A stretch of DNA of 64,000 nucleotides from Dehalococcoidia bacterium (GTDB taxonomy: Bacteria; Chloroflexota; Dehalococcoidia; Lucifugimonadales; UBA1127), in NCBI GenBank assembly GCA_965116355.1, contig OZ220679.1:94669-158668 (forward strand), read 5' to 3'. The notes beneath the pieces were generated by a model. It did not search any database. It saw only the letters and a list, made by a program, of their open reading frames with translations, and was not told the origin of the DNA. A program made the position numbers and the translations under genes. Below, piece by piece: positions 26,951-37,042 of this stretch. Position 1 is the first letter of the stretch. Each line of letters opens with the position of its first letter.

Positions 26951-28030
26951 ATGACGGAGGCTGTGATGCCTGAACCCAAGGTGTTTGTGTTTGCGCCCGC
27001 TGACTCGGACAGCTTGCAAGAGCTGGAGGCGGCGGGCTGCTCGTTGACGCTGGGGAGCGCGAACTGGAGCGATCCGACGGGAGACTCGACGGAGAGGCTG
27101 GCGGAGATGGCCTCAGGGGCGGACGCGCTCGCCGGCACGTCCATCAAGGGGGCGAAGATCTCGCGGGAGGTGCTGACGGCGTCGGAAGGGCTGCGCATCG
27201 TGGCGAAGTACACCGTCGGCGTGGACGAGATCGACATCGACGCGGCGACGGAGCTGGGCATCCTGGTCACGCACGCGCCCACGGAGGCCAACTGGGGCGG
27301 CGTCGCGGAGACGACCATCACCAAGATGCTGACGCTGCTCAAGAACACCCGCGAGCGTGACGCCCACCTGAAGGCGGGCGAGCCCTGGCGCAGCGAGGCC
27401 CTCACCGGCGTCCACCTTGGCTACCGCGCGGAGGACGGGCACGAGGGCATTGTGCTGGGTCTGATTGGGCTGGGGCGCATCGGCACGCGGGTAGCCAAGC
27501 TGATGGCGCCGTGGGGCATGCGCATCGTCGCGCACGACCCGTACGTTCCCGACGAGCACTTCGCCGAGCTCGGCGTCGAGCGGCTGGCGCTGGACGACCT
27601 GCTGCGGCAGTCCGACGTCGTCAGCCTGCACGTCATCCTGACGCGGGAAACGCACCACATGATCAGCACGCGGGAGCTGGGGTTGATGAAGCTGACGGCG
27701 GTGCTCATCAACACCTCGCGCGGGCCGGCCGTCGACGAGCCGGCGCTGATCGAGGCGCTGAACGCGAAGACCATCGCAGGCGCGGGGCTGGACGTCTTCG
27801 AGGTGGAGCCGCTGCCGGTGGACAGCCCGCTGCGCTCGATGGGGGAGAGCGTGCTGCTCTCGCCGCACATGTCGTCGCACAACATCGGCGGGGGCATCGG
27901 GCCGGGCATCAAGTGGGGGACGGCGGACGTGCTGCACGCGTTGCGGGGCGAGGAGCCGGAGCACGTCTACAACGCGGAGGCGCTCCCAGCCTGGCGTGAG
28001 CGGTTCCTGGGGCGGCCGCTGATCTCGTAG
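26951..28030 (+). CDS. D-isomer-specific 2-hydroxyacid dehydrogenase family protein
   Basis: GLIGLGRIGTRVAKL (NAD fold), INTSRGPAVDEPALIEAL, AGLDVFEVEP and SPHMSSH. The start could be ATG 26951 or 26966. Confidence 0.88.
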   Translation: MTEAVMPEPKVFVFAPADSDSLQELEAAGCSLTLGSANWSDPTGDSTERLAEMASGADALAGTSIKGAKISREVLTASEGLRIVAKYTVGVDEIDIDAATELGILVTHAPTEANWGGVAETTITKMLTLLKNTRERDAHLKAGEPWRSEALTGVHLGYRAEDGHEGIVLGLIGLGRIGTRVAKLMAPWGMRIVAHDPYVPDEHFAELGVERLALDDLLRQSDVVSLHVILTRETHHMISTRELGLMKLTAVLINTSRGPAVDEPALIEALNAKTIAGAGLDVFEVEPLPVDSPLRSMGESVLLSPHMSSHNIGGGIGPGIKWGTADVLHALRGEEPEHVYNAEALPAWRERFLGRPLIS

Positions 28031-28058
28031 GGTTAGGCGCAAAGGAAAAGCGGCAGAC

Positions 28059-28466
28059 TTAGCGCAGCCCGGCCAGCGCTTCCTGCGGCGTGACCGCCGG
28101 TATCGGCGACCGCGCGTAGTCGGAGACGTTTCGGGTCACGATGCGTGTGGCCCCACAGGCCCGTGCAGCGGCAACCTGCATCGCGTCCTCGAAGTCGGCC
28201 ATTGGGAGGCTCGCGGCATAGCGGATTGCCTCGGTGCCCGTTGTGGTCACCGGCACAAAGCGGATCAGTTCGAGGATGAACTCGCGGGCCTCGTCCCTGC
28301 CAATGACCGGAGACGCAATGTAGTGGAGGTTGGATATGGAGTGCCATGCGACGTTCGCAGCCTCAACCCCTTGCTGAATCTTCTCAAGGAGTTCCTCCGT
28401 TGAATCTGCGTAGGGTTCTCTGTCAAGGGCAAGGTCTAGCAACACATCCGTGTCTATGAGCATCAT
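28059..28466 (-). CDS. vapC: PIN-domain toxin (VapC-like), second copy
   Basis: MMLIDTDVLLDLALDRE...VTRNVSDY has a PIN pattern. 4-nt overlap with the upstream antitoxin. Confidence 0.85.
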   Translation of the reverse strand: MMLIDTDVLLDLALDREPYADSTEELLEKIQQGVEAANVAWHSISNLHYIASPVIGRDEAREFILELIRFVPVTTTGTEAIRYAASLPMADFEDAMQVAAARACGATRIVTRNVSDYARSPIPAVTPQEALAGLR

Positions 28467-28690
28467 CGGACGTACTTCTTAACCAACGCTTCGTAAAGAG
28501 GGTCGCCATGCCGCTCCGCCAGCTTGAACTTGCCCCTCCACTTCTTCGCAAAGGACTCGGTCTGCTCCCCGGCAACCTCCCGGAGTGACTGCTCAATCAC
28601 CGCCGAAAGTGACATGCCCCGCTCGCGGGCATAGCGCTTGGCAGCCGGGACCAACTCCGCGTCCACCGTGATCGTGAGTTTCTGCTTCAT
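28463..28690 (-). CDS. RHH-type antitoxin (DUF6364-like)
   Basis: MKQKLTITVDAELVPAAKRYARERGMSLSAVIEQSLREV. I prefer ATG 28690. The track ORF starts at 28729. Confidence 0.7.
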   Translation of the reverse strand: MKQKLTITVDAELVPAAKRYARERGMSLSAVIEQSLREVAGEQTESFAKKWRGKFKLAERHGDPLYEALVKKYVR

Positions 28691-28756
28691 GGGACGCCTG
28701 CCCTCCACGTCGTATACGTATTCCATCACTCAGTATACGTATTCATCGCAGTAGTA

Positions 28757-30050
28757 TCAAGATGCCGCCGCACTTGCCGGCAAACGTGGCGGCTTTGCCG
28801 CCAACATGAGTGCGCCGGCCATCGCCCATCCCGCCGCGATGATGAGAAACGCCAGCGTGTACGAGTCCTGCAGGTCGAAGAGGAAGGCGATGAACAGCGG
28901 GCTCGCCGCACCGGACGCCGTCATGAAGGGCCGGAGCACGCCGTTTATGGCGCCGAGGTGCAGCCGGCCGAAGTAGTCGGCGACGATGACCCCCATCAGC
29001 GTGATGTACGCGCCGATGGTCAGGCCGTGCAGGCCGGAGGCGATGAGCATCGAGGTCTGGCCGCCCACGTTCAGGATCAGCAGGACGGTGCCCGCGGTCA
29101 GGATGAGCTGCGGGCCGATGAGGTAGCGCAGAGGTACCCGCTCGGCCAGCAGGCCCCAGACGGGGCGGAAGCTCACGGAGCCGACGGCGAAGGCCGTCGC
29201 GCTAAGGGCCGCGACGGACTCGGGGATTCCGCTGTCCTGGTAGAACGGCACGAGGTTGGCGTGGAACCCGCCAATCCCGATGCCCACCAGCATGAACGCG
29301 GCGACTATGAGCCAGAAGGAGAGTGTTCGGACACTCTCGCGCACAGTCAGCCCGCCGGCGGCGATGGTGCGGGGCAGGCTCGCAGGTTGCGGTCCTTCGA
29401 CTCGCTCAGAGCTTTCCGGCGAGTCTCCATCCGGTAACTGGCCGATGTCCTCGGGACGCGTGCGCACCAGGAAGGAGAGGGGGATGAGCACGCAGAGCGC
29501 CACAATGCCCAGGACAAACCACGCCATGCGCCAGTCGGAGGCGTCGATGAGGGCCTGCAGGGAGACAGGGTAGAGCATGGGCCCCAGGCCGGGCCCCATC
29601 GCGGCGATGCCGAGCACGCGGCCCCGCTTTCGCACGAACCACTTGGGCAGAGATAGTCATCGAGAGCGCAAAGCCGCCGGTGATCTGCGCGATGCCGCCG
29701 GAGACGCCAAAGAGCAGGTAGAACTGCCACAGACTGTCGATGTAACGCAGCCCTATGAGTGAGACGCCGAGCAGCACGGCGGAGAAGAGCATCAGGCGCA
29801 TGGGGCCTCTGCGGGTGTCCTGCATCGGCCCGACGATGGGGGCCAGCGCGCCGCCCACGAGCATCTGGAACGTCAGCGCGCCGTAGAAGGCGGCCCTCGA
29901 CCACTCCAGATCCTCGGTCATCGGCCGCACGAACACGCTCGCGCCCCAGACGCCGACGCCCGTCGAGAACGACCCGGCGATGATGGCGACGCCCAGCAGG
30001 ACCCAGCCGTAGTACAGCTTTGGGAGACGCAGGCCCAGCCTATTCATCAT
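28757..30050 (-). pseudogene. MFS transporter, tandem paralogue 1, split by one +1 frameshift near 29650
   Basis: The N-terminal half (ORF 29406..30050) reads to ..GGIAQITGGFALSMTI, then loses frame. The C-terminal half (ORF 28757..29635) resumes at ..RKRGRVLGIAAMGPG. Paralogue 2 reads ..RVILPKWFVRRRGRV at this spot. Removing one T from ATCTCTGCC restores MTILPKWF. Confidence 0.6.
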
Positions 30051-30089
30051 GCGCCGGACTATAGCACGAATAGTGGCGTGCCCCGCCTC

Positions 30090-31496
30090 CTACCTAGCAG
30101 GTTCCGGCGCAGCGCCGCCGGGGGCACGCTCGGGGCCGGGTTGGCGCCGGGGAGGGGCGGCCAGCAGCATGAGGCAGCCGGCGACGACCCATGCTGACGC
30201 GATGATGAGGAACGCCGTAGTGTACGAGTCCTGCAAGTCGAAGAGGAAGGCTATCAGGACAGGGCTCATCGCCCCCGCGGCTGTGATGAACGGCCGCATG
30301 ACACCGTTGATGGCGCCCAAGTGCGATCGGCCGAAGTAGTCGGCGACGAGCAGTCCCTGCAGCGTGATGAACGCGCCGATGGTCAGGCCGTGCAGGGCCG
30401 CGGCGATGAGCATGGAGGTCTGCCCGCCGACGTTGAGGATGAGCAGCACCGTCCCGGCGCTGAGGACAAGCTGCGGGCCAATGAGCCATCGGACAGACAC
30501 GCGCTCCGCAAGCAGGCCCCACACAGGGCGCAGGGCGACGGAGGCGATCGCGAAGGCTGTCCCGCTCAACGCGGCAACCTGTGCCGCCAAGCCGATGTCC
30601 TGGAAGTACGTCACAAGGTTGGCGTGGAAGCCGCCCATCCCGAGGCCCACCAGCATGAACGCGCCAACGATGAGCCAGAACGCCATCGTCCTGAGGCCCT
30701 CGCGGACCGTCAGCCCTTCCACCTCGCGCGTCGGGCGGGCGGGCGGCGGCGATGTTGGCGGTCGCCCTTCGACAGGCTCCGGGCGTCAACGGGTAAGGCG
30801 GCGGGAGTCAGCGACGAACGGGGAGCGGGGCTGCATTGGCTTGCACGGGCGGCGGGTCGTCCGGCTTGTCGCCGTCGGGCAGCAGGCCCATGTCCTCGGG
30901 CCGCGTGCGCACCATGAATGACACGGGCACCAGGATGCACAGCGCGGCCAGCCCCAGCGCGAACCACGCCTCGCGCCAGTCGAAGAGATCTATGAGGGCC
31001 TGGATGGAGATGGGGAAGAGCATGGGGCCGAGGCCCGGACCCATGGCGGCCAGCCCCAAAACGCGGCCACGTCTCCGTACGAACCACTTGGGCAGAATCA
31101 CCCGGGTGAGCGCGTTGATGCCGGATACCTGCGCGATGCCACCGAAGAGGCCAAAGAGCAGGTAGAACTGCCACAGGCTGTCCACCCACCGCGTCAGCAT
31201 CAGCGAGACGCCCAGCAGCACCGCGGACATCAGCATCAGCCGCCGCGGGCCGTTGCGCGTGTCCTGAATCGGGCCGACGATGGGCGCCAGCGCACCCCGC
31301 CACGAGCGTACGGACGGTCAGAGCGCCGAAGTAGCTGCGCCCGCGACCACCCGAGCGCCTCCGTCATCGGCCGCGCCATGACGCTCGCTCCCCAGACGCC
31401 CGCGCCCGTCGAGAACGAGCCGGCGATCATGGCGACGGCGAGGAGCACCCAGCCGTAATAGATGGTCGGGAATCGGAAGCCCTTGCGCTCGTTCAT
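30090..31496 (-). pseudogene. MFS transporter, tandem paralogue 2, with two frame changes near the N-terminus and a repeat-module insertion in the central loop
   Basis: It comprises three ORF pieces (31236..31505, 30808..31236, 30090..30722) in three different frames. Frame changes fall at ~31335 and ~31293. A module C copy at 30764-30793 lies between pieces 2 and 3, with stops in both relevant frames. Confidence 0.75.
30764..30793 (+). repeat. Module C copy inside the MFS paralogue-2 central loop
   Basis: GCCCTTCGACAGGCTCCGGGCGTCAACGGG. Relative to paralogue 1, the loop here is about 75 nt longer. Confidence 0.7.
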
Positions 31497-31750
31497 AGGG
31501 CGCAACTATAGCAGGAACCGTGCTGGGGGGATATTCGCCGGCGTCATGTCAGAGGACGCCTCTGCATCACCATTGTGCATGGTGGACATTGGGAATCGCA
31601 GTTGGACCGGCGCCTCCGCAATACCAAATGAAGCGGGAATGCAGCATCCACCCATTCTTGTGCCTGTTGCCACCCCTACTCTCAAGCACAGGTTGACTCT
31701 GCGCCAACTATGGAAAGGGCCTCCAATGGCAAGTTCAGGCCGCGCAGTCC

Positions 31751-31996
31751 GTGCCCCTGGTTCTGGAGCCGTGGCCGGAAGGCGGATTCACCGTCACCTC
31801 GCCGCTCGTCCCTGAGCTCATCACGGAGGGGGATACGCTGGAAGAGGCGTTGGCCAACGTTCAGGACGCCTGGGAAGCAGCCGTAGAGTTGTATGAGGAC
31901 TTGGGCCGTTCGCTGCCGGCGGAGCTGTTCGTGGATGGCGAGTCCGGCGCGGTCACCATGTACCTGCCGTATCCAGCGCTCTCCGCGCCAGCGTGA
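31751..31996 (+). CDS. hicB: HicB-like antitoxin (UPF0150 fold)
   Basis: EPWPEGGFTVTSPLVPELITEGDTLEEALANVQDAWEAAVELYEDLG. GTG start at 31751, which is the first start after an in-frame stop. Its stop overlaps the hicA GTG (GTGA). Confidence 0.75.
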   Translation: MPLVLEPWPEGGFTVTSPLVPELITEGDTLEEALANVQDAWEAAVELYEDLGRSLPAELFVDGESGAVTMYLPYPALSAPA

Positions 31997-32205
31997 GGTA
32001 CCGCGAGTTCGCCCGCAGGCTCACGGAAATGGGCTGCACAGAACTGGCTCGCAGGGGAGGCGGTTCGCACAGGAAGTGGCTTAACCCCGCTGCCAACAGA
32101 AGCGGGACGATTCCCGACTGGGGCGGCAAGGACCTGAACCAAAGAACCATCCGCTCAGCTTTGCGACAACTGGGGATTGACCCCCGTGAGTTCTTCCGCC
32201 CCTAG
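31993..32205 (+). CDS. hicA: HicA-like mRNA interferase toxin
   Basis: YREFARRLTEMGCTELARRGGGSHRKWLNP..GTIPDWGGKDLNQRTIRSALRQLGI matches the HicA pattern (GSH..w..p....t.P.H.gkdl..gt...Il.q.g). Confidence 0.8.
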   Translation: MRYREFARRLTEMGCTELARRGGGSHRKWLNPAANRSGTIPDWGGKDLNQRTIRSALRQLGIDPREFFRP

Positions 32206-32261
32206 ACTGTCGGCTTTTGCCTTCCCACACGAATCCTGTTGCCCACTCAATTATGGGGCAA

Positions 32262-33656
32262 TCACGTCCTTACCACTCCCAAGCGGAGGTCACGGAGTCC
32301 TTGATGACGGGCTCCGGCAGATCGCCGGTGACGGGGTGGCCGTAGTCCGAGAGGAGCAGCCGGGCGGCCTTGCGGCCCGAAGCGCACGCTGTAGTTGGTG
32401 CCGCGATCCTCAGGGTAGATCTGCGTGGTGTTGGCCAGATAGAGGGACGGGATCGGCGTGCGGTGCGGCGGGATGCCCCTGGCGTAGCCCGTCCGGTTGA
32501 CCGGCTGCGCCGCGTCTTCGCGGTGGTAGTAGCTGGCCTTGATCCAGCTCTCGTCGAAGTCCGGGTTCAGCCGGCGCAGGTGGGGCACGTATTCGGCCAG
32601 CAGCTCCTCGTGGGACAGCGAGTAGAGGCGGTCCTCCCGGTCGAGGTAGTTTGACAGGTAGACCAGGTGGCTGCCGCCGTAATGCTCGGGCGGCACGAAG
32701 TTGGTGTGCTCGATGACGGCGAGGAAGGGGATGCTCCGGTCCGCGATGTTGAGCCAGTACGCGGGCGTCAGCGAGCGGTCGAGCTCCAGCACTATGAGCA
32801 CCGCCGCCAGATACGTGGTGCTCGTCAAGGTCTCGCGGTAGGACTCCGGCAGATCCGGGGCCAGCGCGGCCATGATGCGCGAGGGGGTCGTCGACAGGAC
32901 GGCATCGTAGCGGCGGACGGCTGCGGGCTCGCCGGGCAGCCGCACCTCGAGGCCCACGGCGCGCCCCTCCTCGACGACGACGCGCGCCACCTCGGCGGAG
33001 GTGTGCACCGCGCCGCCCATCGCGCGGACGCGCTCGCCCAGCGTGTCGAAGACCTCGCCAAAGCTGCCCATGGGGTAGCCGAGGCTCTCGCCGCCGAGGC
33101 TGCGGCCGCGTGACGCCAGGCGGAGCGCAATCTTCCCCCAGAACCACGTCATGCCGACCTGGTCGTAGTAGCGGCCAAATTTGCCCCGCAACAGCGGTTC
33201 CCACACTGCCTGGTAGGCGCGGCGGCCCACCCATCGGGGCAGCCACTCGTTGGCGGTCACGTCTTCCAGCGACCGCCAGCTCCGGCGTCGGCGCAGCGCC
33301 AGCGTCACGAGGCCGAGGCGCATGCGGTCCGGCAGGCTGATGGCACTGAACTTCATCAGGTCGGTGGGGGTAGTGAAGGGCCAGATGCGCTCCCGGTGGA
33401 AGAGGCCGACCTTCGAGGGGATCCATGCCAGCTTGCCGCCCAGGCCGAGCTCGTGGATGAGCCAGACCATGTCGGTGTCACTGGTGAAGAGGTGGTGGTA
33501 GCCGCGCTCCAGCCGTCCGCCGCCGACGTCGAAGGTGGACGCCTGCCCGCCGAGGAACGGGGCGCGCTCGAAGACCTCCGCGTCGTGGCCCTGCCGCAGG
33601 AGCTCGAAGGCGGCGGCGAGGCCCGCGGCCCCCCCGCCAATCACGCCAACCCTCAC
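32262..33656 (-). CDS. FAD-dependent oxidoreductase (amine-oxidase/phytoene-desaturase fold) with an apparent +1 frameshift ~35 codons before the end
   Basis: VRVGVIGGGAAGLAAAFELLRQGHDAEVFERAPFLGGQ is the dinucleotide-binding motif, and the GTG start overlaps the upstream stop (GTGA). After ..GTNYSVRFG the alternative frame reads RKAARLLLSDYGHPVTGDLPEPVIKDSVTSAWEW* (stop at 32270). That looks more native than the Pro/Arg-rich tail of the track ORF. Confidence 0.8.
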   Translation of the reverse strand: MRVGVIGGGAAGLAAAFELLRQGHDAEVFERAPFLGGQASTFDVGGGRLERGYHHLFTSDTDMVWLIHELGLGGKLAWIPSKVGLFHRERIWPFTTPTDLMKFSAISLPDRMRLGLVTLALRRRRSWRSLEDVTANEWLPRWVGRRAYQAVWEPLLRGKFGRYYDQVGMTWFWGKIALRLASRGRSLGGESLGYPMGSFGEVFDTLGERVRAMGGAVHTSAEVARVVVEEGRAVGLEVRLPGEPAAVRRYDAVLSTTPSRIMAALAPDLPESYRETLTSTTYLAAVLIVLELDRSLTPAYWLNIADRSIPFLAVIEHTNFVPPEHYGGSHLVYLSNYLDREDRLYSLSHEELLAEYVPHLRRLNPDFDESWIKASYYHREDAAQPVNRTGYARGIPPHRTPIPSLYLANTTQIYPEDRGTNYSVRFGPQGRPAAPLGLRPPRHRRSAGARHQGLRDLRLGVVRT

Positions 33657-34726
33657 GCCGTGCCAGCCTCGCCGGCGGCGGACGGGCGCTCGTCCCCCTC
33701 CCGGCTCGACCGCGCCAGCTCCGTCAGCGAGTGATTGCTGAGCCAAGCGTAGCCGATGCCAATGAAGGTCACCGGCACCAGCAGCGACGCGTGCACAACG
33801 AGCACGTACGCCGACGCCACGGAGACGTCGACGGCGAAGTAGACGAGCGTCGCCTGCGCGAAGAACTCGAAGGGGCCGATGCCGCCACCGCCCGACGGGA
33901 CGATGGTGCCGAGGTTGGAAGCGGCCGTCGTCAGAATGAGCACGCCTATGAGCTTCCAGATAGAGAAGTAGTCGTCCAGGCCAAATCCCAGCGCGATGAT
34001 GAGGAACAGGCTGGCCTCGAACGTCCAAACCGGGATGGAGAGCACGACGATCTTGCTGAGGCGGCCCGGTTCGCGCAATGCGGATAGCCCTTCCAGGAAG
34101 CGCGACGAGAGGAAGCCGACGAGGGGCCGGACCCGCGCCGGCAGGTATATGAGCGCGCGCTCCATGAATCGCTCGACGCGCTGCGGCCAGACCGCCATGG
34201 AGACCAGGAGGAAGGCGAAGGAGAAGAAGGGGATGCTGAGCATCATCGTGAGGAGCAGCCACGGGACCCGGGTCTGCTCGCCCAGGTACCGGAACAGGTC
34301 CACGGGCGGGATGAAGATCGCGACCACGCCCACCAGCAGCAGCAGCGCCATTCCGTCGGACACCCGCTCGATGAGGATGGTGGCGAGGGCCGTGGTCTTG
34401 GAAACTCCCTCGCGGATGTTCAGGAAGTAGGAGCGCACCAGCTCTCCGAGCCGGACGGGGAGAATGTTGTTCGCGGCGTAGCCCACGATCACGACGGGCC
34501 ACAGCCTCGACACGCGGTAGTCGCCCATCGGCGACAGGATGATTCTCCACCGGATGGTCCGCCACAGGAGCGACGCCAGATACATCAGTACGGCGGGGAT
34601 GATGTAGAGGTAGTTGGCGGACTTGAAGGCTTCCCAGATCTCGTCCGCCTCGGCGCGCCACAGGAAGATGGCCAGAAAGAACACACTCAGGACAAGACCA
34701 ATAAAAAACCGTTTAGACAAAAGCAA
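33653..34726 (-). CDS. Flippase-like / lysylphosphatidylglycerol-synthase TM-region (UPF0104) family membrane protein
   Basis: 357 aa with about 8 TM segments. ANNILPVRLGELVR.. and ..PSGGGGIGPFE are motifs typical of the family. Confidence 0.7.
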   Translation of the reverse strand: MLLSKRFFIGLVLSVFFLAIFLWRAEADEIWEAFKSANYLYIIPAVLMYLASLLWRTIRWRIILSPMGDYRVSRLWPVVIVGYAANNILPVRLGELVRSYFLNIREGVSKTTALATILIERVSDGMALLLLVGVVAIFIPPVDLFRYLGEQTRVPWLLLTMMLSIPFFSFAFLLVSMAVWPQRVERFMERALIYLPARVRPLVGFLSSRFLEGLSALREPGRLSKIVVLSIPVWTFEASLFLIIALGFGLDDYFSIWKLIGVLILTTAASNLGTIVPSGGGGIGPFEFFAQATLVYFAVDVSVASAYVLVVHASLLVPVTFIGIGYAWLSNHSLTELARSSREGDERPSAAGEAGTA

Positions 34727-34825
34727 CGGGCGTTCTCTCCGGAGAGGATGTCCAGACGGACGTGACCTTCACCCCTATTCGTCTACCCCAAGTATAGAAG
34801 CCCAGTTGAGACACAAGCAACGGGG

Positions 34826-37042
34826 CTAGCCGGGGTCGCGGGCGCCCAATTGCAGCAAATCATCGGAGTAGTACAGGAATGCGTCCTCGGAGCCGAGCGG
34901 CGTCTCGAACTCCCGGAAGAGCCAGTACCGGAAGGCGCTCTGCCAGGCGTCGCGGTCCCAGAGGCCGTTCCACGCCGCCTCCGGCGTCAGGTTGCGGTAG
35001 CTCTCCGGGAACCACCAGCGATGCTTGTAGCGCATGACCTGGGTGAAACCCGCGTCGCGAAGGCCCTCGCCGGCAAGCTCCTCGTTGTTGACGTGGACGA
35101 GGACGACGCCGCCGTTCGGGTTGACCGGCTGCCGGGGGCTCGCGTACGTCGGGTAGCCGACGGAGTCGTAGTGGCGGAGGTACCACGCCCACGGCCACGC
35201 AAAGCCGCTGTGCCCGTCGATGCTGATCGGAATGGACTCGCCCTCGCCGGTCTGTTGGGAACGGCGCTCCACGTCCCGCAGGATGTTGACGAGATCCGGG
35301 GCACTCATGGTGTAGACCAGCATCTCCGTCGGCGTCTCGCCGTTGTGGTACGCGGCCGTCCACCCGGCGCGGACGCCGAGCGCCAACAGCACAACAGCGA
35401 GGGCCAGCGCGGCGAGACCCATGCCCTGCCGCGTGCCGATGCGCGTCGCGAAGTAGAACACGCCGGCCACGGCGCCGAAGAGGAGGAACAGCAGTCCCCA
35501 GACGCGCAGGAACGCGACCACGTCGATGACGCTGGGCGAATCGTAGAAGAGCACGCGGTAGGCGAGCAAGAGGGAGAGGGCAGTCAGCGGAAACGCCAGC
35601 CACGCACCCTCCCGCACAACGCTTCGCCACGGCGCCGACTCCACGAGCCGACCAATGACGAAGCCGCCGAGGAGCGTGCCCGGCAGCATGACGTGCGTCA
35701 GCAGCCACGGCATCTTCTCCGCCGCGAGGGTGAAGACCACGAAATTGACGACGCCCCAGAAGATGAGGAAGGCCACGAACAACGAGGGTGAGGCGAAGGC
35801 GCCGCGGTTGTGCTCGCGGCGTGGCGTCGCCCACACGACGTCGAGCGGGGCGAGACCGCCCCCGCGGAGCCAGTACCACGCGGCGGCGCCGACGGCGGCG
35901 GCCGCCACGAGGAACTCGTAGTTGCTGCCGATGACGAAGTAGTAGTACCAGGGCTGCCCGCCCCGGCCCACGTCCTGCTGGGCAAGCCAGTAGCCGAGGC
36001 TCTGCCACACGCCCGTCGCAACGCCTGCGGGGCTGCTGAGGAAGCTGGTGAACAGCAGCACGTAGATGAACCAGAAGATACCCGCGCACAGCAGCCATCG
36101 ACGCCAGTCCCACATGAGGCCAAGGGCGACGCCAATGGCGGCGAACACGACGGTCACGACGACGGCCACGTACTGCCCACCGTCAAGCGGCAGGCCGACG
36201 CGCCCGGCGCTCGGGTCGTCGTTGAGGAGGGTGATGCCCAGCGGCCCCTGCACGACGGCCGTCGCGGCGGCGGCCATCGGGAGGCTCAGCGTGAACAGCA
36301 CCAGCAGTATGGCCGAGGGGGCGCTGATCTCGGAGAGCTTCAGCCGGCCGAACAGCACGTCGCGGGCGTCGCCGAGGGACAGGAAGGCAAGGAAGGCCCC
36401 GATGGAGAAGAGGGTGATATAGACGGTCTCCTTGGTGGCAAAGGCGAGGGCCAGCAGTCCCGCCGCGATGTAGAGGCTCGCGGGCTGCCGGTCGCGCATG
36501 TAGCGCCACACGACGATGACCAGCCCGAGGGTCAGCACCGCGACGAGGATGTCGTTGCGGGCGAAGCGGCTGAAGTACAGCAGCGTCGGGGAAAAGGCCA
36601 GCAGGACGCCGGCGCTCATCGCGCCCACGCGGCCCAGCCAGTCGCGCAGGAGCCAGGGCAGCGCGACGAGGGCCGTGCCGGCGAGGGCGTAGGCGATGCG
36701 GGCCGTCGCGTCGTTGTCGCCGAATAGGAAGAAGACGAGCGCGTTCAGGTGGAACTGCAGGGGGCCGTGCAGCAGCGGGTCGTGATCGTAGCCGCGGCCG
36801 TCAATGATGTACCAGCTGTAGAGGGCGTGCAGGCTCTCGTCGTGGTGCATGGCGCGGTCGCCCAGCTCCCACACGCGCATGGCGAGCGCGACGAGCACGA
36901 GGCCGACGTAGAAGGCGAGCTCCCACCGGAAGGTCAGCCACGGGGGAGACAACCTCTGCGCGGGGGGTGGGCCATCGGGCGGCGGGCCGCCGGGGGGCGG
37001 CTGCTGGAAGGCCGAGGGGTGGTAGGCGATGGGGTTACGCAT
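34826..37042 (-). CDS. GT-C-fold membrane glycosyltransferase-like protein (TIGR03663/ArnT-PMT-like)
   Basis: 738 aa, polytopic. Contains MHHDESLHALYSW.. and ..FSRFARNDILV. Overlaps the upstream YYY gene by 8 nt. Confidence 0.6.
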   Translation of the reverse strand: MRNPIAYHPSAFQQPPPGGPPPDGPPPAQRLSPPWLTFRWELAFYVGLVLVALAMRVWELGDRAMHHDESLHALYSWYIIDGRGYDHDPLLHGPLQFHLNALVFFLFGDNDATARIAYALAGTALVALPWLLRDWLGRVGAMSAGVLLAFSPTLLYFSRFARNDILVAVLTLGLVIVVWRYMRDRQPASLYIAAGLLALAFATKETVYITLFSIGAFLAFLSLGDARDVLFGRLKLSEISAPSAILLVLFTLSLPMAAAATAVVQGPLGITLLNDDPSAGRVGLPLDGGQYVAVVVTVVFAAIGVALGLMWDWRRWLLCAGIFWFIYVLLFTSFLSSPAGVATGVWQSLGYWLAQQDVGRGGQPWYYYFVIGSNYEFLVAAAAVGAAAWYWLRGGGLAPLDVVWATPRREHNRGAFASPSLFVAFLIFWGVVNFVVFTLAAEKMPWLLTHVMLPGTLLGGFVIGRLVESAPWRSVVREGAWLAFPLTALSLLLAYRVLFYDSPSVIDVVAFLRVWGLLFLLFGAVAGVFYFATRIGTRQGMGLAALALAVVLLALGVRAGWTAAYHNGETPTEMLVYTMSAPDLVNILRDVERRSQQTGEGESIPISIDGHSGFAWPWAWYLRHYDSVGYPTYASPRQPVNPNGGVVLVHVNNEELAGEGLRDAGFTQVMRYKHRWWFPESYRNLTPEAAWNGLWDRDAWQSAFRYWLFREFETPLGSEDAFLYYSDDLLQLGARDPG

